Assembly (NCBI GenBank): GCA_942492505.1
Contig: CALOFD010000042.1
Span: forward strand, 42,188 to 106,187
Direction: 5' to 3'
Source: Thermoanaerobaculia bacterium
GTDB taxonomy: Bacteria; Acidobacteriota; Thermoanaerobaculia; Multivoradales; Multivoraceae
Length of the DNA stretch: 64,000 nt
The notes beneath the pieces are model-generated. The model was given only the letters and a program-made list of their open reading frames with translations. It did no database searches and was not told where the DNA came from. The first letter of the stretch is position 1. The number at the start of each line of letters is the position of its first letter. This document shows, piece after piece, positions 1-9,323 of the stretch. The position numbers were made by a program, and so were the translations under genes.

Positions 1-1422
1 AGCGCAGATCGCGATACCGCCGTTCTTGGTGATCTCGGAGGCCACGTAGCCGATGCGGCGGATGTTGATGTCGCGATGCTCCTTGGAGAAGCCGAGTTCC
101 GACGACAGGTGCTTGCGCACGCCGTCACCGTCGAGCAGCGTCACCGGCCGACCGCCGATCTCGAGCAGCTTGACGAGCAGCGCCTGGGCGATCGTCGACT
201 TGCCGGCGCCCGACAGCCCGCTGAAGAACACCGTGAAACCCTGCTTCGAGCGCGGCGGGTGGGTGCGACGCAGCTCGGTGGCGACTTCCGGGAAGGTGAA
301 CCATGCCGGCAGATCGAGGCCCTTCGAGAGGCGTTCACGCAGTTCAGTGCCGGAAATGTTGAGCGTACGGGTCCCTTCCTCGACCTCGGAGAGGCCGACG
401 TAGGCATCGCGATCGGGCGCGAACACCATCATCTTGAAGTCGACCATCTCGATGCCGAGTTCTTCCTCGTGCTCTCGCACCAGTTCCTGGGCGTCGTAGG
501 GACCGTAGAACGGCTTGCCCTCGGAGTCGTTGCCCGGGCCGGCGTGGTCGCGTCCGATGATGAAGTGGGTGCAACCGAAGTTCTTGCGGATGATCGCGTG
601 CCACATTGCCTCGCGCGGTCCCGCCATTCGCATCGCGAGAGGCAGCAGCGCGAGCTGGGCGGTGTGCGCCGGATAGTGGCGCTCGATCGCCTGATAGCAA
701 CGCACTCGCGTGTAGTGGTCGAGATCGCCCGGCTTGGTCATTCCGACCACCGGATGGATCAGCAGATTGGCTTCGATCTCCTTGGCGGCCCGCAGCGTGA
801 TCTCGTAGTGCGCCCGATGCATCGGATTGCGGGTCTGGAAGGCGACGGCCTTGCGCCAGCCCAGACGGGCGAAATCGGCCCGCACTTCGGCCGGCGTCTT
901 GCGCAGCGTCGGGAAGTCGTAGTGGACGGGCAGTTGCAGGCCCTCGATCCGTCCCCCGACCGAGATGTTGTTGGTGCGCTGGTAGAGGTGGGCAACACCC
1001 GGGTGCGTCTGGTCGAGCGTCCCGTAGGTCGCCAGCGCGTCGCGCTCGCGGTCGTGCTCCCAGAGTTCCTCGACGTGAATGGCGGCGATCATCACGCCCT
1101 CGGTGTCGCGCAGCGCCAACATCGAACCGATCTCGAGACCCTCGGCGGCCTCCTCGGTGATGTCGAGGGTGATCGGCATCGGCCACAGCGTGCCGTCACC
1201 GAGACGCATCGACTCGCAGACGCTCTCGAAGTCGGCCTGCTTCATGAATCCGTCCAGCGGCGAGAAACCACCGGTGATCAGGAGTTCGAGATCACAGATC
1301 TGACGCGGGGTCAGATCCCACGAGGGCCACTCGCGGGAGAGGTCCTTGATTTCGTTTCGGCGGTCGGCGTCGACGATCAGGTCGACCAACTCGCCACCGT
1401 GGGGCGCGATGAGGTGGTTCAT
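1..1422 (-). CDS. sat/cysC: Bifunctional sulfate adenylyltransferase / adenylylsulfate kinase (Sat-CysC fusion), 3' partial (continues beyond the window start)
   Basis: My minus-strand translation from the ATG at 1422 gives [35 protein letters not shown].. (ATP sulfurylase) running into ..[21 protein letters not shown].. (APS kinase P-loop). The listed plus-strand ORF 76..1476 is its antisense shadow. Confidence 0.85.
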   Translation of the reverse strand, partial: MNHLIAPHGGELVDLIVDADRRNEIKDLSREWPSWDLTPRQICDLELLITGGFSPLDGFMKQADFESVCESMRLGDGTLWPMPITLDITEEAAEGLEIGSMLALRDTEGVMIAAIHVEELWEHDRERDALATYGTLDQTHPGVAHLYQRTNNISVGGRIEGLQLPVHYDFPTLRKTPAEVRADFARLGWRKAVAFQTRNPMHRAHYEITLRAAKEIEANLLIHPVVGMTKPGDLDHYTRVRCYQAIERHYPAHTAQLALLPLAMRMAGPREAMWHAIIRKNFGCTHFIIGRDHAGPGNDSEGKPFYGPYDAQELVREHEEELGIEMVDFKMMVFAPDRDAYVGLSEVEEGTRTLNISGTELRERLSKGLDLPAWFTFPEVATELRRTHPPRSKQGFTVFFSGLSGAGKSTIAQALLVKLLEIGGRPVTLLDGDGVRKHLSSELGFSKEHRDINIRRIGYVASEITKNGGIAICA

Positions 1423-1633
1423 GGACGTCTTCCTCTGGAAGTAGGGAGTGGAGGCGAGAGCGGGAAGGGAGGATGACCGCGGAGGGTCCGGGCCGAATCA
1501 GGAAGCGCCGTCGCGCTCTTCGAATGGGGATGGGGAGGCTGTTTGGGAACCAGCGCGGCGGGCGCCGCAGAAGTCCTCCGTGAGGTGGCGATTCTACGGC
1601 AACGAGGTTCCTCAGTCCACCTCGCAGCAGCCC

Positions 1634-2494
1634 TCAGTGGCCCCAGCGAAGCTTCGAGCGGAGGCCGTCGTAGAAGCTCTTTCCGGTCACCCGAATCAGG
1701 CGGATCCGCTTCTTCGAGGAGCGCACCAGGATCTTGTCGCGATACGCCAACTCGGTCCCCACCTGTCCGTCGACGGTCAGGAAGACCTCCTCGGCACGGG
1801 TCTCCAGGGTGACTTCGACCTGACTGGCGTCGGGCACGACGAGGGGACGGTGAGAGAGGGTGTGGGGACAGATCGGAGTCACCACGACGACCGGCAACAG
1901 CGGGTGGATGATCGGTCCCCCCGCCGACAGGTTGTAGGCCGTCGAGCCGGTCGGCGTCGACAGGATGAGTCCGTCCGACCGGTAGCGGGCCATCAACTCG
2001 CCGTTGATCTCCACCCGCAGCGCGATGATCCGGGCGAGAGCGCTCTTGGTGACCACGACGTCGTTCAGAGCGTTGTAGGTCACCGACTCGCCCTTGCTGC
2101 GCTCCAGCTTCACGTCGAGCAGGGCGCGCTGCTCCAACTGATACCGACCGGCCAGGATCTCGACCATCGAGTTGTAGAGATCGGCCCGGTTGATCTCGGT
2201 CAGGAAACCCAGGCTGCCGAGGTTGACGCCCAGCAGCGGTGCGCCATCAGCATGCGTCCGAGCCACCGACATCAGGGTGCCGTCGCCGCCGAGCACCACG
2301 ATCAGGTCGCGGGTTGAAGTCTTGTCGCCGCCGAACTCGATCGACAGGGTTTCGGCGGTGTGTCGATCGAGCGGCACCACCGTGATCTCACGGCGGTGGA
2401 GCCATTCCGTGAGTTCGCCGGCCACTCGAGCGGCCTCACGGCTCTGCTTCTTGGTGGCGATTCCGACCCGGCGGATGGTCGACTTGCCGCTCAC
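1634..2494 (-). CDS. nadK: NAD kinase
   Basis: ORF 1634..2989 carries GGDGT, NRADL and DGLILSTPTGSTAYNLSAGGPI motifs. The start is placed at the in-frame GTG at 2492-2494, giving 286 aa. This GTG overlaps the tlyA stop codon as GTGA. Confidence 0.85.
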   Translation of the reverse strand: MSGKSTIRRVGIATKKQSREAARVAGELTEWLHRREITVVPLDRHTAETLSIEFGGDKTSTRDLIVVLGGDGTLMSVARTHADGAPLLGVNLGSLGFLTEINRADLYNSMVEILAGRYQLEQRALLDVKLERSKGESVTYNALNDVVVTKSALARIIALRVEINGELMARYRSDGLILSTPTGSTAYNLSAGGPIIHPLLPVVVVTPICPHTLSHRPLVVPDASQVEVTLETRAEEVFLTVDGQVGTELAYRDKILVRSSKKRIRLIRVTGKSFYDGLRSKLRWGH

Positions 2495-3228
2495 GTCGTA
2501 GACCTTTCGGTGCGAAACAAGGCCAACGATTCCACGTTTCCGCCGACTCCCGCAACCGGCGACGTCATGGTGCCGAGGCATTCGAGCCCCATCGCGGTCA
2601 ATTCGCGGACGCGATCGGCCACCACCTGATCGCGCAGCGTCTCGTCGCGGAGGATGCCGCCCTTCGAAAGAGAACCCCGAGGCGCTTCGAACTGGGGCTT
2701 GATCAGGGTCACCAACGCGGCCCCCGGATTCAGGTGCCCAAGGATCGCGGGGACGACCTTCGTGAGCGAGATGAAGGAGACGTCGATCGTCGCCAGGTCG
2801 GCCTTCTCCGGCAGGTCGTCGGCGCCCAGGTGGCGGGCGTTGACCCGCTCCATCACGACGACGCGGGGATCCTGGCGCAATCGGTAGTCGAGTTGACCGT
2901 AGCCGACGTCGATCGCGTAGACGCGTGTCGCGCCGCGACTGAGCAGGCAGTCGGTGAAGCCTCCGGTCGAAGCGCCGACGTCGAGGCACACCTTTCCGGC
3001 CGGATCGACCCCGAAACGATCGAGCGCCGCCTCGAGCTTGCGCCCGGCACGCGAAACGTAGGGCTCCTTCTCCCCCACCAGCACGATCACCGCGCCCTCG
3101 CGCACCGCGGCTCCGGGCTTCTGGTCCCTCCTGCCGTCGACTTCGACGATCCCCGCCATGAGCGCGCGACGCGCCTTCTCACGGCTCTCGAAGAGCCCCC
3201 GCCTCACCAGTTCCTGGTCGAGTCGCAT
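2491..3228 (-). CDS. tlyA: TlyA-family rRNA 2'-O-methyltransferase (FtsJ-like, hemolysin A homolog)
   Basis: N-terminal S4-like region followed by the LDVGASTGGFTDCLL SAM-binding motif. Conserved position upstream of nadK. Confidence 0.8.
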   Translation of the reverse strand: MRLDQELVRRGLFESREKARRALMAGIVEVDGRRDQKPGAAVREGAVIVLVGEKEPYVSRAGRKLEAALDRFGVDPAGKVCLDVGASTGGFTDCLLSRGATRVYAIDVGYGQLDYRLRQDPRVVVMERVNARHLGADDLPEKADLATIDVSFISLTKVVPAILGHLNPGAALVTLIKPQFEAPRGSLSKGGILRDETLRDQVVADRVRELTAMGLECLGTMTSPVAGVGGNVESLALFRTERSTT

Positions 3229-3237
3229 CGGCCGCCG

Positions 3238-4125
3238 TCAGCGGTCGCGCTCGGTCAGGTAGCGAACCAGGTCGATGAAGAGATCCTGACGGGCCGGCAG
3301 GGCCGCCACCTGCTCCAGGGTCTCATCGCGGACCTCCGCCAGGCGGCGGCGAGCACCTTCGACGCCGTACAGTTCGGTGTAGGTCAGCTTTCGCGCTTCG
3401 GCGTCCTTGCCCGCCGTCTTGCCGAGCACGGCGGTATCGCCTTCGATATCGAGGATGTCGTCGGCGATCTGGAACAACAGACCGACGCCGACGCCGATCC
3501 GCTCCAGCGTGCGGTCCGCGGCCTCGTCGACGCCGGCGTAGAGTCCGCCGAGCCTCAGACTCGCCGTCAGCAGGGCACCGGTCTTGAGATGGTGGATTCG
3601 TTCGAGCGCAGCCTCCGGTTCAGCGGGCCACTCCGCTTCGGCCTCGAGGTCCAGCACCTGGCCGAGAATCATCGCGTCGACGGCGCTGGCAACCATGTCG
3701 GCGGCCGCAGATCGGATCTCTCCGGCGACGTGCTTCGGTTCACGGACGACGCACAGCAGCCCCTGGTTCAGGAGACTGTCGCCCGCCAGAACTGCCAGGG
3801 CCTCGTCGTACTGACGGTGGAGAGTCGGACGACCGCGGCGCAGGTCGTCGTTGTCGAGCGCCGGGAGATCGTCGTGGACCAGCGAGAACGTATGGATCAT
3901 CTCCATCGCCGCGGCGGCGGGAAGCAGGTCCTCGCGAGCTGCTCCGTAGGCGTCTCCCGCCAGCAGGACCAGGCCCGGACGGACCCGCTTGCCACCCGCG
4001 AAGATGCTGTATCGCATCGCTTCGTGCAGGCGCACGGGCACTGCATCGGCGGGCGGCAGATGTCGATCGAGGGCTGCCTCGATCTCCGGCACCAGGCTAC
4101 GAAGATGCTCCGGGAAGCTCGTCAT
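3238..4125 (-). CDS. ispA: Polyprenyl (farnesyl/geranylgeranyl) diphosphate synthase
   Basis: First DDxxD motif (LVHDDLPALDNDDLRRG) and second (FQIADDILD) are present. 295 aa. Confidence 0.85.
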   Translation of the reverse strand: MTSFPEHLRSLVPEIEAALDRHLPPADAVPVRLHEAMRYSIFAGGKRVRPGLVLLAGDAYGAAREDLLPAAAAMEMIHTFSLVHDDLPALDNDDLRRGRPTLHRQYDEALAVLAGDSLLNQGLLCVVREPKHVAGEIRSAAADMVASAVDAMILGQVLDLEAEAEWPAEPEAALERIHHLKTGALLTASLRLGGLYAGVDEAADRTLERIGVGVGLLFQIADDILDIEGDTAVLGKTAGKDAEARKLTYTELYGVEGARRRLAEVRDETLEQVAALPARQDLFIDLVRYLTERDR

Positions 4126-5302
4126 TCGGGTCTGCAGCAGTCAGACAGAAGGGAAGGGCGATGACGAAGAGGGCCACGCGCTGGACTTCCGTGTCTCGGA
4201 AGTTGTCTTCGAAGAGGCCACCGACAGTATACGTCAGCAGGGCGGCGATCGCCCCGAGATGGAGGTCGGCATTGGAGCCTCCTGCCCCGCCCTCATCGCG
4301 CCAGTTGCCGTAGCCGGTCCGCAGCGCCGCTACGATCAGCCACAGCCAGGCGCCGAGAGAGAGCAGGCCCCGTTCGGCCGCCATCTGAAGGTAGGTGTTG
4401 TGCAGGTGCGATCGCTCTTCCCCGGGCGAGGACGGATGGCGGTAGATCGGATAGCGACTGCGCACCACCTTGGGCCCGAGGCCGAGCAGGGGGCGCTCCG
4501 AGATCATCGTCGATCCGGCCCAGAGCATCGCGATCCGGTCGTAGTTGGACTCGTCGCGAAGGTCCAGGATCGAGGCTGCGCGTTCCTTGACCGGCGCCGG
4601 CAGCAGGAGGGTGAGGCCGGCCATGAGGGGCACCACGACGAGCAGCGCACGAGGCGTTCTCATAGCCAACAGGAACAGGGCGCCGACCGCGAGGCCGAGC
4701 CAGGAACCGCGCGTCAGGTTCACCGCCAGGGCGACCAGGATGACCGTGAAACCGATCCACGGCAACGGCCGGCGCCACGCTCCGAAGAGCAGCGACGCCA
4801 GGGCCAGGACCGCGCACAACACCAGGAAACCGGCCATCGTCTGGTAGTGGGAGAAGGGTCCGGTCATCCGTCTGGCGGTACTGAAGACCTGGGGACCCGT
4901 CATCACCTCGTAGAGCCCCATCACCGCGAGCGCGGTTCCGACCGCGATCAGACCGTCGATGGCGATCCGCGCAGCCCGCGGGTTGCGCAGGAAGATCGGG
5001 GCGACCAGGAGCGGGAACAGGGAGTAGAGATCGTCGAGATCTCCGAGGCTCCTGGCGGGCTCGTACGAAAAGACGATCGACAGGACGAAGAAGGCGGCCA
5101 ACCAGAAGACCGGCCGCAGCATCGGGCCGAGGCGCTGCCAGTCGAACCGCGCCCGCCGCGCAGGAGTCAGGGCCAGCAGCGTCGCCAGGCCCAGCAGGAT
5201 GTTCGAAAGCGCGATCCCGAAGATCGTCCAAACCTGGCCGGCGTAGAGCCAGAACCCCACGCCCAGGCCACCCAACCGGCCCCTGCCACGAGCTTCAGCC
5301 AT
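4097..5302 (-). CDS. O-antigen ligase (Wzy_C/WaaL) family polytopic membrane protein
   Basis: About 10 TM segments and the SHLHNTYLQMAAERG motif typical of the Wzy_C periplasmic loop. Overlaps the ispA start by 29 nt, so the true start may lie downstream. Confidence 0.6.
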   Translation of the reverse strand: MAEARGRGRLGGLGVGFWLYAGQVWTIFGIALSNILLGLATLLALTPARRARFDWQRLGPMLRPVFWLAAFFVLSIVFSYEPARSLGDLDDLYSLFPLLVAPIFLRNPRAARIAIDGLIAVGTALAVMGLYEVMTGPQVFSTARRMTGPFSHYQTMAGFLVLCAVLALASLLFGAWRRPLPWIGFTVILVALAVNLTRGSWLGLAVGALFLLAMRTPRALLVVVPLMAGLTLLLPAPVKERAASILDLRDESNYDRIAMLWAGSTMISERPLLGLGPKVVRSRYPIYRHPSSPGEERSHLHNTYLQMAAERGLLSLGAWLWLIVAALRTGYGNWRDEGGAGGSNADLHLGAIAALLTYTVGGLFEDNFRDTEVQRVALFVIALPFCLTAADPNDELPGASS

Positions 5303-5343
5303 GCGGGGTCACCTCGGCCGGCGCCGCACCCAGGAAGACAGCC

Positions 5344-5598
5344 TCAGCTGCCGGCGATCACCGAGGCGTCGAGAGCCTCGTCGATCAGCATGATCGGAAT
5401 GTCGGAGACGATCGGATACACCAGGCCGGACTCCTCGCAGAAGAGCGCGTCCTCGACCACCGGTTCTTCGTCCTGGAAGTGCTCCCGGTACTTGTCGATC
5501 AGCGTCTTGCGCGCTGATTCGACCAGCTTGACCAGCTCGAGATCACCTCGGCTCTGGGGACATACGAGAATCGCGAGCAACTCTGGATCAACAGCCAC
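5344..5598 (-). CDS. Trm112/DUF343 family small protein
   Basis: 84 aa with the LAILVCP...YPIVSDIPIMLIDEA pattern of Trm112-like proteins. Confidence 0.6.
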   Translation of the reverse strand: MAVDPELLAILVCPQSRGDLELVKLVESARKTLIDKYREHFQDEEPVVEDALFCEESGLVYPIVSDIPIMLIDEALDASVIAGS

Positions 5599-5641
5599 GA
5601 TCGATCATCCTCCGCTCGGCAACGTATCACAGCGTCTGGCT

Positions 5642-6433
5642 TCAAACGCCCTCGGGAAGGGGCAGCAGGAAGGTCTCCACACTCTGCGCCCGCCCGCTCT
5701 CGGCGTCGACCGAAATCAGCGCCGCAGCCAGTCGGATGTCCCGCTTGGCGACCTCGAACGGAGCCGGCGTCTGACTGAGGAATCGCCGCAGGACCTTGTC
5801 GGCGCGCATCCCGATCACGGACTCGTACGGACCTGTCATTCCGACGTCGGTGACGATCGCGGTGCCTCCGGGCAGAACGCGCGCGTCGGCCGTCGGTACG
5901 TGGGTGTGGGTGCCGAGCACCGCCGTCGCCCGACCGTCCAGGAAGAAGCCCATCGCCTGCTTCTCGCTGGTGGCCTCGGCGTGGAAGTCCACCAGCACGA
6001 TCTTGACGTCGTCGGGCAACGCCGCGAGCGCCTCGTCCATCGCTTCGAACGGCGACGGCAGGGGCTTCATGAAGACCTGTCCCTCCACGTTCATCGTGGC
6101 CACCTTGATGCCGGCCGCCGTCTGGCCGATGTGCACTCCCCGCCCGGGATTCTCGTCGGGATAGTTCATCGGTCGCAGCAGATCCTCTCGGCTGTCGAGC
6201 AGTTCGAGGACTTCTCGCTTGTCCCAGATGTGGTTGCCGCTGGTCAGACAGTCGATCTCGAGGTCGGCGATCTCGTCGAGGACTGCGGCGGTCACACCGA
6301 AGCCGCCGGCAGCGTTCTCGATGTTGACCACGGTGTAGTCGACGGCGTGCTCGTCGATCAGACGCGGCAGGAAGTACTTCAGGGCGCGACGACCGGGCCG
6401 GCCCATGACGTCGCCGACGAACAGCAACTTCAT
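5642..6433 (-). CDS. ymdB: YmdB-like 2',3'-cyclic-nucleotide phosphodiesterase (TIGR00282 metallophosphoesterase)
   Basis: [21 protein letters not shown] and [12 protein letters not shown] motifs. The ATG at 6431-6433 overlaps the rny stop as ATGA. The rny-ymdB pairing is conserved. Confidence 0.8.
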   Translation of the reverse strand: MKLLFVGDVMGRPGRRALKYFLPRLIDEHAVDYTVVNIENAAGGFGVTAAVLDEIADLEIDCLTSGNHIWDKREVLELLDSREDLLRPMNYPDENPGRGVHIGQTAAGIKVATMNVEGQVFMKPLPSPFEAMDEALAALPDDVKIVLVDFHAEATSEKQAMGFFLDGRATAVLGTHTHVPTADARVLPGGTAIVTDVGMTGPYESVIGMRADKVLRRFLSQTPAPFEVAKRDIRLAAALISVDAESGRAQSVETFLLPLPEGV

Positions 6434-7995
6434 CGTGCGAAGTCCACCGAGCGCTTCTCGCGGATCACGGTGACTTTGATCTGACCGGGATAACTCAATT
6501 CTGCTTCCACGCGGCGAGCCACGTCCTTGGACAGCCACACGGTCTCTTCGTCGCTCAGGGTTTCGGCGTCGACGATGATTCGGACTTCTCGTCCCGCCTG
6601 GATGGCGAAGGTCTTCTGCACGCCCTCGAAGTCGCCGGCGATCTCCTCGAGATCCCGCAACCGCTTGACGTAGTTCTCGAGCACTTCGCGGCGTGCGCCG
6701 GGGCGGGCCGCCGACAACGAATCAGCCGCCGTTACCAGGACCGCCTCGACGGTTTCGGGATCGTAGTCGCCGTGATGGCAGGCCATGGCATGGATGACCT
6801 CCTCGGTCTCCCCATGGCGACGCAGGAGATCGATTCCGATCTGCAGATGGGTGCCCTCGAGTTCGCGGTCGACCGCCTTGCCGATGTCGTGGAACAGGCC
6901 CGCCCGGCGGGCCACCTCGACGTCGACGCGGAGTTCAGCGGCCATCGCGGAGGCCAGGATCGCGACCTCCCGACTGTGGGTGAGCACGTTCTGGCCGTAG
7001 GAGGTCCTGAAACGCAACCGACCGAGAAGGCGCACGAGCTCCGGATCGACGTCGGCGAGGCGAAGTTCGAGCAGGGTCTGCTCGCCTTCCTGCTGGATCA
7101 ACTCGTCGAACTCCGCACGCACCTTCTCGACCACCGTTTCGATGCGCGCCGGGTGGATCCGGCCGTCGGCGATCAGGCGCTCGAGGGAGACTCGGGCGAT
7201 CTCGCGTCGGTAGGGGTCGAAGCCTGACAGGATCACGGCCTCGGGCGTGTCGTCGACGATCAGGTCGACGCCTGTCGCCATCTCGAGAGCTCGGATGTTG
7301 CGCCCCTCGCGGCCGATGATGCGGCCCTTCATGTCGTCCGACGGCAGCATCACGACCGACACCGTGGTTTCGTTGACGAAGTCCGAGGCGGTTCTCTCGA
7401 TGGCCGTCGCGATGATCTTTTGCGCCTCGCGGGTGGCCTTCTCGCGCGCTTCTCCTTCGATCCGCTTGACCAGATGGGTCGCGTCCACCCGCGCCTCGCT
7501 CTCGAGCGATCGGACCAGCTCCTCGCGAGCCGCCTGGGCGGTCAGGCTGGCGATCTTCTCGAGCCGCTCCTGGCACTGCGCCAGTCGCTGCTCCAGTTCG
7601 CTCTCCTGCAGCTCCAACCTCGCCTCGCCCTCCGCCAGCAGGCTCGCCTTCTCTGCCGCCACACGCTCGGAAACGACGAGGGCCTGTTCCCGGCGACTGA
7701 GATCGTCAGCGAGCCGCAGCGCCTGACGCTCGCGCTCGTTGATCTCGCTGCGTTCCCGCTGCGCGACGGCCTCGAACTCCTCGCGCGCCTGCAGCGCCTG
7801 CTCCTTCGCGGCCAGCTCGACCTCTCTCAGGCGAGCGGCGGCCTGGCGATCGGCCTCCTCGAGCCGACGAGCAGCCTCTTCCTCGGCGCGGCTCTCGATC
7901 CGGCCGGCGACCCGCTTGACGATCCACAGCCACAGCAGCGGCCCGGCAGCCACTGCCAGCACTACCAGGGTCAGGATCCAGTTGCCGTCGATCAA
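6430..7995 (-). CDS. rny: Ribonuclease Y
   Basis: 521 aa with an N-terminal TM segment, a coiled coil, a KH domain ([15 protein letters not shown]) and an HD domain (LFHDIGK). Confidence 0.9.
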   Translation of the reverse strand: MIDGNWILTLVVLAVAAGPLLWLWIVKRVAGRIESRAEEEAARRLEEADRQAAARLREVELAAKEQALQAREEFEAVAQRERSEINERERQALRLADDLSRREQALVVSERVAAEKASLLAEGEARLELQESELEQRLAQCQERLEKIASLTAQAAREELVRSLESEARVDATHLVKRIEGEAREKATREAQKIIATAIERTASDFVNETTVSVVMLPSDDMKGRIIGREGRNIRALEMATGVDLIVDDTPEAVILSGFDPYRREIARVSLERLIADGRIHPARIETVVEKVRAEFDELIQQEGEQTLLELRLADVDPELVRLLGRLRFRTSYGQNVLTHSREVAILASAMAAELRVDVEVARRAGLFHDIGKAVDRELEGTHLQIGIDLLRRHGETEEVIHAMACHHGDYDPETVEAVLVTAADSLSAARPGARREVLENYVKRLRDLEEIAGDFEGVQKTFAIQAGREVRIIVDAETLSDEETVWLSKDVARRVEAELSYPGQIKVTVIREKRSVDFAR

Positions 7996-8089
7996 CGAAA
8001 ACTCCCTCGATTGAGGCGGAACGCAAACGCGCTCCTACCGTCCAGGGCGTTGACGCCGAATCAGCGATCAGGCCGAGAAGCTGAAAAAG

Positions 8090-8290
8090 AAATGTTGCAT
8101 CCCCCGTCGAGCCGTGTGTGCCGCGCGTTTTAGAACCTGAAACGCAACAGGTGGGTGTCCACCCCGCGAGTCTTCAGCTTCCCCGTACTGTCGGGGCTTG
8201 CACGGACCACGTGGGAGTAAGACTCCCTGGGCAAACGTGTTGGTTCTAAGAGTCGTTGGCACATCACCAACTCCACAGGGGATGCAAGGT
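8090..8290 (-). ncRNA. ssrS: Candidate 6S RNA (SsrS-like rod-shaped structured RNA) downstream of zapA
   Basis: A 330-bp non-coding gap lies downstream of zapA, which is the conserved ssrS location. It shows long imperfect dyad symmetry centred near 8189: 8096-8104 pairs with 8278-8286, 8115-8122 with 8258-8263, 8129-8137 with 8242-8249, 8168-8174 with 8219-8225, and a tip hairpin sits at 8181-8196. The strand is assumed to be that of zapA. Confidence 0.35.
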
Positions 8291-8325
8291 CGATCTTGGG
8301 GTTTCAGTCGGCGCCTCGGTCATGG

Positions 8326-8631
8326 TCATGCCTGCAGCGCCTGGTTCAAGTCTTTGGTCAGCTTCGCGATCTTCGCGTCTTCGTTCGCCGCGCTCTCGCC
8401 CACCGAGCCCTCACGGACCCGGACCAGCTCGTCGGCGATGTTCAGGGCAGCCAGAATGGCGATCTTGGTGCGGTCCACACTCTTGAGGTGCGCGGCCACT
8501 TCCTGCATCTTCTGATCCACGAGGGCGGCCAGCGAATGGAGATGCTCCGATCCGTTGTCGCCCCTGACGTGATAGGTCGCGCCGAAGATCTCGACTTCGA
8601 CCGTGGTGATGCTTTTGTTGCTCATTGCCAT
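8326..8631 (-). CDS. zapA: Cell division protein ZapA
   Basis: MAMSNKSITTVEVEIFGATYHVRG... (about 101 aa). The start is taken at the internal ATG 8629-8631 rather than the 146-aa listed ORF. Confidence 0.75.
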   Translation of the reverse strand: MAMSNKSITTVEVEIFGATYHVRGDNGSEHLHSLAALVDQKMQEVAAHLKSVDRTKIAILAALNIADELVRVREGSVGESAANEDAKIAKLTKDLNQALQA

Positions 8632-8725
8632 CCGGCGGCTCCGACCATCGTTCCGAGCCGATGACTGACTATACACCCGAGGCCCTGGAGAACCCCCCAC
8701 TCGCGAGAGTAGCGTTCGAACCCGG

Positions 8726-9034
8726 TCAGGCCTCGACCAGGGACGCCAGGCGTCCCTCGAGTTCACCCAGCCGGCGGCGAAGATCCTCGTTCGTCGGAAC
8801 CTCGTCGTCGGACGGCGATCCGGCGTTCGAGCCAGATTCCGAGTCAGCCGCCGCCAGGGCTGCCCTGGAGGCTTCCTCGGCCGACTTCACGGCCGCCTCG
8901 GCTTCCTTCACCTGCGCCTTCGCCGCGGTCAGATCCTTCTCCAGCCGGGCGTTCTTCTTCTCGAGTTCGGCCAACCGTGCGACGGCCGCGGCAACCGCCT
9001 TTTCGAGTCCCGCGATAGCTGCCTTCTGAGTCAT
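8726..9034 (-). CDS. ZapB-like coiled-coil cell-division protein
   Basis: 102 aa and entirely coiled coil (LEKKNARLEKDLTAAKAQVKEAEAAV). Sits immediately upstream of zapA. Confidence 0.45.
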   Translation of the reverse strand: MTQKAAIAGLEKAVAAAVARLAELEKKNARLEKDLTAAKAQVKEAEAAVKSAEEASRAALAAADSESGSNAGSPSDDEVPTNEDLRRRLGELEGRLASLVEA

Positions 9035-9070
9035 GGCGAGAGCCTACCGCAAACCAACTCGCCTCGATTC

Positions 9071-9184
9071 TTGACACTCCTCGCGACGGCCTGCTACGTT
9101 GCCCGAGTCATGGTCCAGTGCGGCTTCCCCCCTTTCTTTATCGACTTCACCGCGGGCGCGGTCTGGTCGACCCGCACCGGCTGA
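9071..9184 (+). promoter_or_regulatory. Putative pheST promoter (TTGACA at 9071-9076, TACGTT-like -10) plus a Phe-rich leader peptide ORF (9110..9184, MVQCGFPPFFIDFTAGAVWSTRTG)
   Basis: A 24-codon ORF with 4 Phe codons within 8 positions lies 140 nt upstream of pheS, analogous to the pheM attenuator leader. No clear terminator hairpin with a U-tract was seen. Confidence 0.3.
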
Positions 9185-9323
9185 TCCCAGCCAGGACGAA
9201 CGACGACCAGAGCGCGACCGAGGGAACGGCCCCCGGCGAGGCAACCGGTCCGTCCCGACCCCTCGACAACGGTCCAGATCGAACCTCTCCTTCAACGAAT
9301 CCCCGAGCATCCGGAGCAAGTCC

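Noticed and set aside
76-1476. 466-aa plus-strand ORF at the window start
   Set aside because: It is antisense to sat/cysC. Its translation is Arg/Gly/Asp-rich junk with no motifs, while the minus strand gives a clean ATP-sulfurylase/APS-kinase sequence.
2734-4164. 476-aa plus-strand ORF spanning tlyA and ispA
   Set aside because: An antisense shadow ORF, which is typical in roughly 70% GC DNA. No domain signature. The opposite strand has two well-supported genes.
3989-6484. 831-aa plus-strand ORF
   Set aside because: It spans five minus-strand genes (ispA to ymdB). The low-complexity R/G/P/Q-rich translation is a stop-free high-GC artefact.
6935-8133. Several ORFs antisense or alternative-frame to rny (213 aa minus, 237 aa plus, etc.)
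   Set aside because: Arg/Gly/Pro/Ser-rich low complexity. RNase Y occupies the locus with clear KH/HD motifs.
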